From: Octopus bimaculoides
Lineage: Eukaryota
Assembly (NCBI RefSeq): GCF_001194135.2
Contig: NC_069004.1
Span: forward strand, 13,011,166-13,075,165
Length of the DNA stretch: 64,000 nucleotides
Direction of reading: 5' to 3'
The notes under the pieces are model-generated. The model saw only the letters and a program-made list of their open reading frames with translations, had not been told where the DNA came from and ran no database searches. Position numbers and translations under genes: made by a program. Positions 1-11,919 of the stretch are shown here, in pieces (within the stretch, counting starts at the first letter, position 1; each line of letters starts with the position of its first letter).

Positions 1-330
1 CTGACGGGTATTCACATTGACATTACACATCCAACGGAGCATACTGGCTTCATTCCTTGCGAGCTTACGTATGTCCGCAGCAGTTACAGCCCATGTTTCA
101 CTGCCATGTAGCATGGCTGTTCGTACGCATGCGTCATACAGTCTGCCTTTTACTCTGAGTGAGAGTCCCTTTGTCGCCAGCAGGGGTAAGAGCTCTCTAA
201 ACTTTGCCCAGGCTATTCTTATTCTAGCAGCTACACTTTCAGCGCACCCACCCCCACTACTAACTTGGTCGCCCAGATAGCGGAAGCTATCGACTACCTC
301 TAGTTTTTCTCCCTGGAATGAGATATGTTT
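1..330 (-). mobile_element. RTE-clade LINE fragment (post-RT region)
   Basis: Homologous to 4830-5030 of the larger RTE copy; runs off the window start. Confidence 0.75.
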
Positions 331-478
331 ACAAACCAAGGACGTTATATAGACCTCCTTGACTCAAGTTCGAGAAAGGGTGCGTATTATACACAAGGTT
401 TAGGTTTTTCAGAGGTAAAGCCCCCTAAAAATCCCCTGCATATTATACTTAAGGGTGGACTATACTCGAGGATTTACG
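331..478. mobile_element. Tc2/pogo-type non-autonomous DNA transposon end
   Basis: Ends ...TATACTCGAGGATTTACGG|TA, the reverse complement of a CCGTAAATCCTCGAGTATA-type terminus with TA target site. Confidence 0.5.
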
Positions 479-530
479 GTATATATATTTTATTGACGAA
501 ATAAAATAGAATTAAAAAGCAAACAAATAC

Positions 531-701
531 CTCTTTCTCTCGTAGGTTCAGATCCCCGCCAAATATCACTGTCCTTTTCTTGTCAGTTTCCAGAACTTTC
601 TTGAAACCAATGTTTAGCTGACGTTGTCTCTCGTTGGCATGGCCAGCCATACTCTCCAGGTGAGTGTTGATTAACAAGACAGGAACATCTTTAATTATGC
701 A
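531..701 (-). CDS. TDP2: TDP2 coding exon 5 (THLES and GDLNLR motifs); final exon lies beyond the window start
   Basis: CIIKDVPVLLINTHLESMAGHANERQRQL...VIFGGDLNLREKE; tttgttcAG acceptor, GTATTT donor; 171 nt, phase 0/0; the C-terminal SDH motif is not in the window. Confidence 0.93.
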
Positions 702-1220
702 CTGAACAAAGATAACGGACAACAGAGAAGTCTGTTAGAATACATTTTGGTAAAGTGGGACAATATTTTGACTGTTACATTTAAATTTCGAACCACCACA
801 ATGAGGATGCTATTTAGAGAGGAAGGAAAAAGAGAAAAGGAGCAATGATCACTGTGTGGTAAGAAGCTTGCTTCCCAACCACATGGCTCCAGGTTCAGTC
901 TCACTGCATGGCACCTTGGACAAATGTCTTCTACTATAGCACTAGGTCAACCGAAGCCTTGTGAATGGATTGGATAGATAGAGATAGAAACTGAAAGAAG
1001 CCTGTCATATATATGTGTGTGTCCCACCACCACTTGACAAGTGGTGTTGGTGTGTTTATATCCCTGTAACTTAGTGGTTTGGCAAAAGAGACCAATGAGA
1101 TAAGTACCAGACTTCAGAAAAAAGTACTGGGGTCAATTTGTCCAACTAAAGATTCTTCAAGGCATGGCTACAGTCTAATAACTGAAACAAGTAAAAGATA
1201 CGAGACACTAATTAGCTTAC

Positions 1221-1431
1221 CTCTGTCAATAATAGACACCGACTCATGACACTGGAGAAAAATGGGAAGACTTCTTCAGTTTCGGTTCTTACTTCAGACT
1301 CCTTCAATAACGTGACAGTGAAATAGCCAACATCACTGGAAGCAGAAACTCGGTAATCAGGACAATATTTCTTCAAAACTACAAGAGATTCTGGCACAAC
1401 TTCCTGTAGGAAAATGACATGTGGGTTCTCA
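1221..1431 (-). CDS. TDP2: TDP2 coding exon 4
   Basis: ENPHVIFLQEVVPES...GYFTVTLLK...FPFFSSVMSRCLLLTE (FLQEV metal-binding motif); ttttttcAG acceptor, GTAAGC donor; phase 2/0. Confidence 0.93.
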
Positions 1432-2332
1432 CTGAAAAAAATATGACAGCAACCATTATAAATTTTATATTATAAATACCTGAATCTTATGAATTATGCA
1501 AAACAAATATAATTAAAAAATCACCAAATAGATTCCTTACACAAGCAATGGCGGTATGGTAAGATGCTTGCTTCTCAACCACATGGTTCCAGGTTCAGTC
1601 CCACTGTGTGGCACCATGGAAACAGAAAGAAGCCCGTCGTGTGTATCTATGTGTATTTGTGTTTGTTCCCCTGCCATTGCTTGACAACCGGTGTTGGTGT
1701 GTTTACGTCCCCATAACTTAGCGGTCCAGCAAAAGAGACTGACAGAATAAGTACTAGGCTTACAAAGAATAAGTCTTGGGGGTTGATTTCTTCAACTAAA
1801 AACTCTTAGGCACAGCTGCAGCATGGCCGCAGTCAAATGATTGAAGCAAGTAAAAGAATTACCAAAATAAAGACAGACCCAAGCCATGACTTTTTGGTCA
1901 TTTACAAAAAGAAAAAAAAAACCCCATTAGTTTTGCTCTGAAGGTTTTAAATATCTTATAGAAAACACTATAATCCTTTAATTTGGAACAAGGCCAGCAA
2001 TTTTGAGGAGAGGGTAGTAGTTGATTACATCAACCCCAGTATCCAACTAGTACTTATTTTACTGACCCCGAAAGGATGAAAACAAAGCCGACCTTGGAAT
2101 TTGAGCTCAGAACATAGAGACAGATGAAATGCTGCTAAGCATTTTGCCTGGCATGCTAACGATTCTGCCAGCTCACAGCCTATAGTATTTCTATATTAAA
2201 AGAGTACAGTCTGTTCAGTTTAACACAGGCACATGTGTTAGAAGAATTCTATTCAATGCAAGACCGAGGAGTAGACATGGTGCTTAAGACAACCAATTGT
2301 AAAACCATCTTATTCAAACAATTCATATACAT

Positions 2333-2600
2333 CATCATCATCGTTTAACGTCCGCTTTCCATGCTAGCATGGGTTGAACTATTTGACTGAGGACTGGCGA
2401 ACCAGATGGCTACACCAGGCTCCAATCTGATTTGGCAGAGTTTCTACAGCTGGATGCCCTTCACAACGCCAACCACTCCGAGAGTGTAGTGGGTGCTTTT
2501 ACGTGCCACCTACACAGGAGCCAGTCCAGGGACACTGGCAACGATCTCGCTCGACTGACTTTTCACGTGTCATTGGCACAAGTACCAGGGACGCGAAGCT
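2333..2600 (-). mobile_element. RTE 3' UTR fragment with (CAT)n tail
   Basis: High similarity to 31020-31203; further tail fragments near 7745, 9210, 17480, 24240-24630, 25000-25200, 43820-43940, 62190-62460, 63845-64000. Confidence 0.8.
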
Positions 2601-3324
2601 GCGGCACAAGTGCCAGGAAGGCGACAGCATTTACTATTTACAGAAACCCTCAATTTATGTAAACCATTTTGATACCAACTCACCTGAGTCTGCCTCTGGG
2701 TCTGAGATACAAACTTCCTATCTTAAAGTGGTCTAAATTATAACCTCCCATCAAAATTTCATGTTAATTTCAGCTTAATAATGACAGACGCAAGTGTGGT
2801 TGTGTGGTAAGAAGCTTGCTTCCCAACCACATGGTTCTGGATTCAGTCCCACTGTGTGGCACCTTGGGCAACTATAGCCTCAGGCTGACTAAAGCCTTGT
2901 GAGTGGATTTGGTAGATGGAAACTGAAAGAAGCTTGTTGTAATATATATACACACACCCACATATCCATGTATGTCTCTCCCACTACCACTTGACAACTG
3001 TTGGTGTGTTCATGTCCCTGTAACTTAGTAGTTCAGCAAAATAGACTGATACAATAAGTGTTAGGCTTAAAAAAGATCTCGGGTTGATTTGTTTGACTAA
3101 AATTCTTCAAGGCGGTGCCCAAGCATGACCGCAGTCAAATGACTGAAACAAGCTAAAAAAGAAAATAAAGTTATGTCATTACATTCATTATTTTGAAAAA
3201 TTAATCGAAATAAAGGCAATGCATTTCAACAAAAATGTGGCTTTTGAAAAGTTTAACACAGAAAAACCTATCTGAAACACATTCTGCCAACCCATCAAAA
3301 AAATGATTAAAAAAAGAAAATTAC

Positions 3325-3441
3325 TTGGCAATGACTTGACATACAGCTTTGGTTCTTCTCTTCAGATTATTGGTGTCTAAACCATCAATGTTCCAAGACA
3401 GGAGACGAATACGTTTATCTTCACTAATTGCAGCATTTTGT
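3325..3441 (-). CDS. TDP2: TDP2 coding exon 3 (start of EEP catalytic domain)
   Basis: QNAAISEDKRIRLLSWNIDGLDTNNLKRRTKAVCQVIA contains the SWNIDG motif; poly-U tract plus CAG acceptor, GTAATT donor; phase 2/2. Not in the supplied ORF track. Confidence 0.92.
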
Positions 3442-3458
3442 CTGGATTGAGGATACAT

Positions 3459-3507
<49 letters not shown>

Positions 3508-4721
3508 AATTATGATAATGTTGAAACAGTGATAAGAAAGTAGGGAGCCGAATAGTAGAAGGTTTTCAGAGACGAAACTCCACCTCCACGCCAGCATGGA
3601 CAATGGACTTTAAATGATGATAATGTTATATAGATAGCTAGCTAAATAGATAGATACACATACATATTATATACATATGTTTGTTCTTTCATTTAATCCA
3701 TCTGGTTTTTTAAGTCAGCAATGGCTCAGCTGTCAGGAAATTGAGGAAGGATTTTGATGATCAAATGCACTTCCTGTTACGAACCATTATCTGTTTTCTT
3801 TCTTTAAGTAAAGGGTTTTTATTCCAGAAGAATTCGAAAGCACAGAAGTAGTGCACCGTTTACTGACAGGAAATGTCAACAAACATCATCAGTTGCAGCT
3901 TAACCACAAACAGTGATGTTACTGTCAACAACTCAGAATAAAAGAACATCAATCCTGGTAATTTGTCAGGTGGCTATGAGGTAAGAAGCTCACTTCCCAA
4001 CTACATGGTTCTGGGTTCAGTCCCACTGCATGGCACCTTGGGCAAGTGTCTTAAACTATAGCCTTAGGCTGACCAAAACCTCGTGAATGGATTTGGTAGA
4101 CAGAAACCGAAAGAAGCCTGTTGTAGATGTATGTGTGTGTGTGTGTTTTTGTCTCCACCATCATCGTTTGACACCCAGTATAGGTGTGTTGTGATCCCTG
4201 TAACTTAGCAGTTTGGCTAAAGACACATGGAATAAGCACTAGGCTTAAAAAGTCCTGGGGTCGATTTGTTCGACTAAAACCGTTCAAGTGGTGCTACAGC
4301 ATTGCCACAGTCAAATGACTGAAATAAGAATATAATTTCGTCAATATGATGGGGAAAAACGCCCAAGTTGCCACTGGCATAAAGGGAGGTAACTCAAATA
4401 TAAATAAAGCAAGCTATTATTTCTAGTTGAATTTCTGTCAATAATTCAATGCTGCATATCTCCAGTATATGCAGGTTTGGTGCACATTAGCACTTTACTG
4501 GAAAATAAACTATGCACCAAACTTGCATAAGTTGATGCTGTGCAGCAATCAATGAATTGCAAACAAAGTAACTTGGCAGTTCAGCAAAGAGACTGATGGA
4601 ATAAGTAATAGGCTTACAAAGAATAATTATTGCTGGGGTTGATTTGTTTGACTGAATGCGGTGCTCCAGCATGGCTGCAGTCAAATGACCGAAACAAGTG
4701 AAATAATACCTACTTGAACTT

Positions 4722-4852
4722 CATACCACAGCATGGCCAAGTGTACTTGGCTTGACGGGTCCTCTCAAGCACAGCATGTCACCAGTCATAGCCCATGTTT
4801 CACTGCCATGCAGCACAGCTGATCAAACACAGGCATCAAACAATCTACCTTT

Positions 4853-4890
<38 letters not shown>

Positions 4891-7445
4891 CCCCTTGTTG
4901 CCAGCAGGGATAGGAGCTCTCTGAACTTTACCCAGCCTAATCTTATTCTCATAGCTATGCTCTTGGAGCATCAACCTCCACTACTAACTTGGTCACCTAG
5001 ATAACAAAAGCTATCTACTACCTATAGCTTGCATCCATAACAATTGATGGAGTCTATTTTCTGCACATTTTCAGCATTTATTGTACCAGTGCATCTTCCA
5101 CATACAAAAGCTAGCTTCCCTGTTAACCTTCCTCTGATGTTGCTGCACCTTTTATGTGTCCAAAGCTAACACTGGGTGAATCTTATGGAGATTCTACCTA
5201 CACCTTTTCTACAGATTGAGCAGGGGCATCTACCTGAAGGGATTTGTGATTTGTCTTCCTTCCTACTTACTAAGACTTTAGTTTTTGCTAGGTTATCTCT
5301 AAGGCCCTTTGATTCTAGACCATTCTTCCATACTTGAAACTTCTCTAGTTTAGGCAGTGATTCAGCTATGTGAGCAAAGTCATTAGCACAGAGGAGCTCC
5401 CAGGGGCAGCCTGTCTTCAATTCCTCTGTTATTACCTGGAGGACCATGAACAAGAGGGGGCTGAGCACCAATCCTTGGTGAACCCCTACTTGTATCCTGA
5501 ATTCTTCGCTGTACTTGTTGCCCACCCTCACTTTACTGGTAGTGTCCTTGTACAAGGCTTGTATGGCTCTCACTAACCACTTGTCTATCCCAAGTTTCTG
5601 CACCGACCACCAGATAAGGGATTGGGGACCCTGTCAAAAGCTTCCTCCAAGTAAACAAAAGCCAAGTTCAGAGGTTTATCGTTGGCTAGGCATTTCTCCT
5701 GCAGCTGCCTTACCAGAAATATAGCATTAGTGGTGTTTCTACCTGGCACAAAATCCAGCTGCATCTCACCTAGACTAACTCTCACCCTAATTAGTTGGTC
5801 TATGACCCTCTCCATAACTTTCACCCGGGTTTGATCCAACAGTTTGATACCTCTGTAATTATTTCTATCTAAGGCATCACCTTTACCTTTGTAGCAGTTG
5901 ATTATGGTGCTGCTACACCAGTCATTATGTATGACTCCTTCAAGAATCACCTGATTTACAATATGGGTGACTAGACCATAATCCAAACCACCAGGTATTT
6001 TAAGCATCTCAGCAGTAATTCCTGATGGGCCTGGTGCTTTCCCTGTCTTCATATTCTTAATTACTTTATCTACCAAGATACTGTCAATCCAGATAGCTGG
6101 TCCCTCAACTGGGTCAACATTTGGCACTCTCCTTCTCCCATTCATTCTCCATGTTCAGCGGTCTTTCATAATGGCATTTCTAAGCCTCTTTCTTTGTAGA
6201 ATCATTAAATACAAGTGTACCATCATCCATGTAGACACATTTCTCTTTTATGACATCACAATTTTCTTTCAAACACTGTCTAGCAATCTGAAATACTTCA
6301 AGTCTTTGATCCTTATGTCACTGAACATTGGCAAACTACTTCTTTTCTGCTTCCCCCCTGGCTAGTTATACCCGACTCCTAGCTTCCTTTCTGGATATCT
6401 GGTAGTTTACCGTTGCCCCCACTCTTCCAGGCCGGTTTTTTTGCTCTAATAGTCCTGTCTACAGTATTGTTCCACTCTATCATTACCCCAGGTCTGGAAG
6501 GGACTTGGCACCAGCAACAGATTTGGTCTGTGGCACTCAGCAAACTGTCTCGCAGGAATTCCCAGTTGCCCTCTATGTCAAAAGTTTGTAGCTCCTCCTC
6601 CCTCTCATTGAATTTCTCTATTAGGATGTCCCTAAATCTCTGACCACATGAAGGGTCCTTAAGCTTCCAAATCCTTCTTTTCCAGATTGGTCTGCTTCTT
6701 GGCATCCTTCTGGCCAGGAGACTGAAGTCACTAATGACTAGTCTATGCTGGGGNNNNNNNNNNGGGGGGGGGGGTACATTCTTCACCAGGGAGGGTCTTT
6801 GTATTTAAGAGCAACCATGCATCCCACTGACTGGTGAGAATGAAATCCATTTGGCTAGAATAGTCACCTGATGATAGCTTATCAGGTGGCTGGCTGGTGT
6901 GCTGAAGTTGGTCTTGTAGATCGAAAGGTTATTTGCATCACAGAAAAGTGGTCCTTCTGTTCATTTGGTAGGCAGATATAATTGTAGCTATACTATTCTG
7001 CAAGACTAGCCTGATTTTAAGCACTATCACACACTCTGACTACCTCTATGACTTTATCCACCCATTTATCTGCAAGAAGTATGCCCACACCACCTACTCC
7101 GTCAGTTACCTTCCCAGAAAATTTTATACCCATGTGTCTTGCGTGTGAGGAATCTGGCTGAAGCTCCTCTCCACCTTGCCTCTTGGATGCAACATACAGC
7201 AACACACCTCCATTCAAGCATCTCTGCAATCTCGTTAAACCTATATTTCAATGTGCCTACATTTACAGTCCCAACTCTGAAAACTGGGAAAGGGACGTGG
7301 GAGGGAACATGGGAAGGAGAGATGTTATTCAACACCTGAAAGGAAGGTTTCCATGATCGTTTGATAACAAATATGTCACAACAGTTGTTCTTGCTTTTAA
7401 CCAATCATCATTCAAACATGTTAAAATTTTTGCCTCCACTAGGGG
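4722..7445 (-). mobile_element. Near full-length degenerate RTE-clade LINE (APE endonuclease, RT, C-terminal Cys-rich finger) in TDP2 intron 2, sense orientation
   Basis: VGTVNVGTL..CCIQEARWRG..GVGGVGILL (APE); GKAPGPSGITAEML, YRGIKLL, FVPGRNTT, HQGLVLSPLLF, LLCAND (RT); CPCSICRKGVG; frameshifts and internal deletions. Confidence 0.92.
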
Positions 7446-7900
7446 TGAGAGTAAGGTAAGCATTGTAAATATAAGCGTTACATTTTCCCTTTTCACTATC
7501 ACATGTATTGATGTTTTTCCAATATTTTTCTCAAATTAAACACATTTCATGGAATGATGATGCTGAAGTAACACCCACGTGGTCCATTGGTAGATGAAAA
7601 ACAACAAAATAAATTGTAATCTAAATTTTTACCCCCACCGTCACTTTGAAGCTGCAACCTGTTCACTGACAAAACTTTGTGCTGCATCACTTTTGTGAAG
7701 TTTTGTCAGTGAACAGGTCACAGTTTCATTTTGCGTCAAGATATGATGATGTCAAATAGCAGGGCAAGATGTGAAGCCAAGCCCCATGTCAAAATTGTCC
7801 AACTCATGCCGGCACGAAAAGCAGGCATTAAATGATGATGAAAGTGAAAACAAAATGGAATTTTTTTCAACAGCAAGTTATTCAAATTGTTAACACTTAC

Positions 7901-8073
7901 AGCAAACCTTGAGGCTCTAATGAAACTCGTTTCCTTTTCTTTTTAGAAGAATTAATTGCATTGTTTTCTTGAGGGTGTTTTGGTGTATTTTTGGGTGTTT
8001 CTTTACTATCACTGGTGCTGTTCTTATTTGTATTCTCACCTCCATTTTTTTCAAAGTAAAAGTTTACTGCACA
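7901..8073 (-). CDS. TDP2: TDP2 coding exon 2 (end of UBA-like region plus low-complexity linker)
   Basis: Acceptor tttcatctttctccgtAG, donor GTAAGT at 7900; reads CAVNFYFEKNGGE...SSKKKRKRVSLEPQGL; AVNFYFE matches the ALNSYFE motif; phase 0 in, phase 2 out, matching neighbours. Not in the supplied ORF track. Confidence 0.85.
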
Positions 8074-9704
8074 CTACGGAGAAAGATGAAAGCATTAATA
8101 ATTATAAATTATAACATGATTTTTGTTGTTGGATAGCAACTGTTTCCTATCTGCTAACTCCCAGAAAGCATGAAAAATAGTTAATATTTCCATCAAACTT
8201 TGCTTCTGTTACATTTATTTTAACCCCAAAGAATTCCTCTCAACACATGGCTATGTTACTTCCCTACTACCCCTGCTCGTGATCAGAGACACACATATTG
8301 TCAGCCACCAAGGGACATGTTTAAGTGGTTAAGGTCAAGCACCTGACAAGCAAATCTGTGATATTGAGCAGAATATTTGCTATAATGATATTTCTGCTTC
8401 AGCAACTCAGCACTGAATATGTCTGAAATGTAATGGGAAATAGGTCAGCTTCAAAATACTGATGTCCAGGTCACAAAAGCAAAGTTTGAAGGATATAGTA
8501 GTGATTTCCTTTGATTTCTGGATAGAAGCAAATAAGAAATAGCACTTACTGATGAAAGATAAAGAAAAAAAAAGTTGTACAGTGTAATGAAACATTTAGA
8601 ATTAGAAATTTTAAAGTTGATAGAATGGTGTATAGGATTATCTTGAAATTTCATTTTATTTACAACAGGAACCACCTCCATTAAATTATTTGAACATTTG
8701 AAAACATTTTTAAATAAGTAAAATGCATAATGTATATGTGGTTGTGTATGTACATGTCATTTTTTGCTTTTTTACTTGGCCATGCAATGGGACTGAACCA
8801 GGAACCATGTGGTTAGGAAGCAAGCTTCTTACCACATAGCTTTTACTTGTTTCAGTTTTTGCACTGTGGTCATGTTGTGGCACCACCTCAAAGGGTTTAG
8901 TCAAACGAACTGATCCAATTCCTTATTTTTTAAAGCCTGGTATTTCTTCTATTGGTCTCTTTTGCCAAATCACAAAGTTATGGGGATGCAAGTAAACCAA
9001 CATTGGTTGTCAAGCAGTAGTGAGGGACAAACATGACACAAACGCCCGCAAGTACACAATGGGCTTCTTTCAGTTTCCGTCTACCAAATCCACTCACAAG
9101 GCTTTGGCTGGCCTGGTGCTATAGCAGAAGACACTTGCCCAAGGTGCCACATAATGGAACTGAACCCAGAACAATGTGGTTGGAAAGCAAACTTCTTACC
9201 ACCTAGCTACACCTGCACCTATCATTCATGTTAGTTTAACATTCACTTTGCCAAGCTAGCATGGATTCGATAAGGATATATTTGAGGTAGAATTTTACAG
9301 CCAGGTGCTCTTCCCGTTGCCAACTTTTACCTACTTTTCAAGAAATATTCTTTATCCCACAAATCTCCTCTTCTGCTTACTGCTCTTGCTGCATTTATCC
9401 AGCCCCCCCCTTCATCCACCTCTCTCTTCTCTCATTATACTCTTACTAAAGCTTCTCCACCTCCTCACACTCTCTAACCCCCCCCCCTCTGATCTATCTT
9501 CACAAACCCTCCTCTAAAATTATTCTGTTTTGCATTCCTCACCTATTTCTCTCTTGCATGTTCCCTTCCTTCACACCTTCCACCCATATTCACCCTTATA
9601 GGGCATAGCACTGGATGCTCATTACTCTTACCACTCTCTCTCACACCTTTTATCCTTTACAGCTGACCTCAATCCCTTTCTCCATTCATTTGTCCCTGCA
9701 GTTT

Positions 9705-10240
9705 ATAAAGGGTAAGGGTAAAGACCCTCTTCGGTCATGAATGACTATGGGATTGCACCTAGAAAGTAACCCTTTGAGGCACAAATCCGGGCAAGGTTGT
9801 TTATGGAAGACTGGCAGTCACCCATACCAGCCTCCCCTCTTCATGCCACCAGTGTTATCCAAGGGAAAGGTAAAGGGGCCAATACAGCTTGGCACCAGTG
9901 ATGTCGCAACTCATTTCTACAGCTGAGTGAACTGGAGCAACGTGAAATAAAGTGTCTTGCTCAAGAACTGTTGTGTCTCGTCGACACTTATGTCCTTTAA
10001 ACTCACTGGATATGCCACTTAATAACATGGACTTATAACAAGGTTATAACAATACAAATATAAATCAAAAACTGTCTTCACTGACAGTGCGCATGCACCT
10101 TTATATGGTTTAGGACAGTTGACTTGCTATCTCACAGGGGTGTCAGGATATCACCACAAGAGCACAACACAGCTTGGTCTGGGAATTGAACTCACTACAT
10201 GATTGTGAGCTTGACACCCTAACCACTGAGCTATGCGCCC
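9705..10240 (-). mobile_element. tRNA-derived SINE (family C) interrupted by a solo LTR; second copy at about 16795-17075
   Basis: tRNA-like head (A/B boxes) at the right end; gtgtcttgctcaagaac|acaaca split by the insertion. Confidence 0.75.
9969..10158 (-). mobile_element. 190-bp solo LTR
   Basis: TG...CA termini (TGTGGTGATA...ACACAACA on minus), 5-bp TSD AGAAC/AGAGC, TATA-like CATATAAAGG, inserted in a SINE. Confidence 0.7.
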
Positions 10241-10493
10241 TGCAGTGTATATATACTGTTACTCTCATCATACTTTGGCCTCTTGTCCTCATTTGGAAGC
10301 ATCAGACCTTTCTTCCATCCCTTTAGTCTTGCAAGTTATAACAGCACCTCATTAGTGCTGATGCCATGAAAGAAATGCCAAAACTGAGGCACTGGAGCAT
10401 GACAAAGCCCTCTGAGTTATTGGATCCATGTTAAATTATCCAACTCACTGCAACATGTAAGATGGATGCAAAATGACAAGAGTGATGATGCTG

Positions 10494-10520
<27 letters not shown>

Positions 10521-10524
<4 letters not shown>

Positions 10525-11858
10525 GGTCGGCTGAAAAGTTCATAGGCTGCCCAAGATTCTCTCATGGAATGTGACCAAACGAAGTTTAATTTTCAAAACA
10601 GTCCCCTTTGCAGTTCACACACTTCTTCTATCGGTGTTGCAACATTTAGATCCCATTGGTGGAAGAAGCTTTCATCTTGTTGGTCAATAAAGTCATCAAC
10701 AGCAGATACAACGTTATCACCACTGTAATACTGGTTCCCAGCCAAGTGTTTTCTCATGTTGGAGAACACAATGATAGACAGATGGGACAAAACCTGGAGA
10801 GTAAGGAGAGTGATCAACCAGTTTAAAAGCCACAGTCATGCACAGCAGCCATTGAAACCAATGGATTTGTAATCTGGAGCATTGTGTTAATGAAGCAAAA
10901 CCCCCTTTCATAAGTTGTCTCGAGCATTTTTGTCTTGATAGTCCTTCGTAACTGCTTCGGCAAGCTGGTATAGTACTCTCCATTGATAATGTGGTCCTTT
11001 TGAAAATAGTTAACACATTTCCTTTTGTGTGCCAAAAAACTGAGGCCATCACCTTCCCAGTAGATGAAACAACCTTGACTTTCTTTGGAGCAGGTGAGGA
11101 GGGGTGTTTCCACTGCATGGATTGTCTCTTTGTCGCTGGCTCAAAGTGATACACCCAACACTCATCTTGGTATAGGAAACATTGAAGGATACCAGCTGGA
11201 TCTGCCTCAAACTATGTCAGATTTTCCCATGATGTGATCAGGTGTCAGAAGACACGACACTGACTGAGCAGTAACTTTTGTCATGCCAAGTTCATTGTGC
11301 AGAATATTCTCAACTCTCTTATGAGATGTGCTAATAGCATTGGCTATTTGATTTATAGCCACTTGCTCGTCATCCATCACCATGTGGAGAACACAATCGA
11401 TGTTTTCCTGTGTGCTGGCAGATGAAGGACACCCAAACAACGGGTCATTTTCAAAACTCTCCCTCCTTCTCTTAAATTCAGCTGCCTACTTCTGCACAGT
11501 TGATTAAGCAGGAGCGTCATCCCCTAATGTAGCAACCATGTCAACATGAATGTCATTGGAGGGCTAAACCTTTTTTCTGCAGGAACTTGAATACACCACA
11601 ATGCCAAATTTTGTCCATTTTCATAGTTACATTAGTTACAAGCTCAACAGGGTCTTCTTTCCCCGCCGATCCGTCCAAGAGTTACATTTGTCCATTTTCA
11701 TAGTTACATTTGAAGCCTTCTTTGAACAGTGAAATGTCAGTTTACCCAAAAAGAAACAATGCATTTATTAATAAAAAGTGTTGAAATTATTGCATGGAAG
11801 ATATCACAGCTCTAGCATCACTCTTTCATAGTCAGCCTATGAACTTTTCAACCAACAC
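10521..11858 (-). mobile_element. Full-length but dead mariner (DD34D) transposon in TDP2 intron 1
   Basis: TIRs ggtcggctgaaaagttcataggctg / gtcagcctatgaacttttcaaccaac; ATG at 11618 (MDKIWHCGVFKFLQKKG); KVMASVFW, INGEYY, DHSPYSP motifs across frameshifts. Confidence 0.92.
11639..11679 (-). rRNA. 41-nt 28S rRNA-derived fragment (not a gene)
   Basis: CTTGGACGGATCGGCGGGGAAAGAAGACCCTGTTGAGCTTG on minus; the GCGGGGAAAGAAGACCCTGTTGAGCTTG part is the conserved eukaryotic LSU sequence. Confidence 0.8.
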
Positions 11859-11919
11859 TAGAATATACAAACCAAGCAAATTAATATAAAACAACTAGAT
11901 AATTCTTTACACTTTAGCA

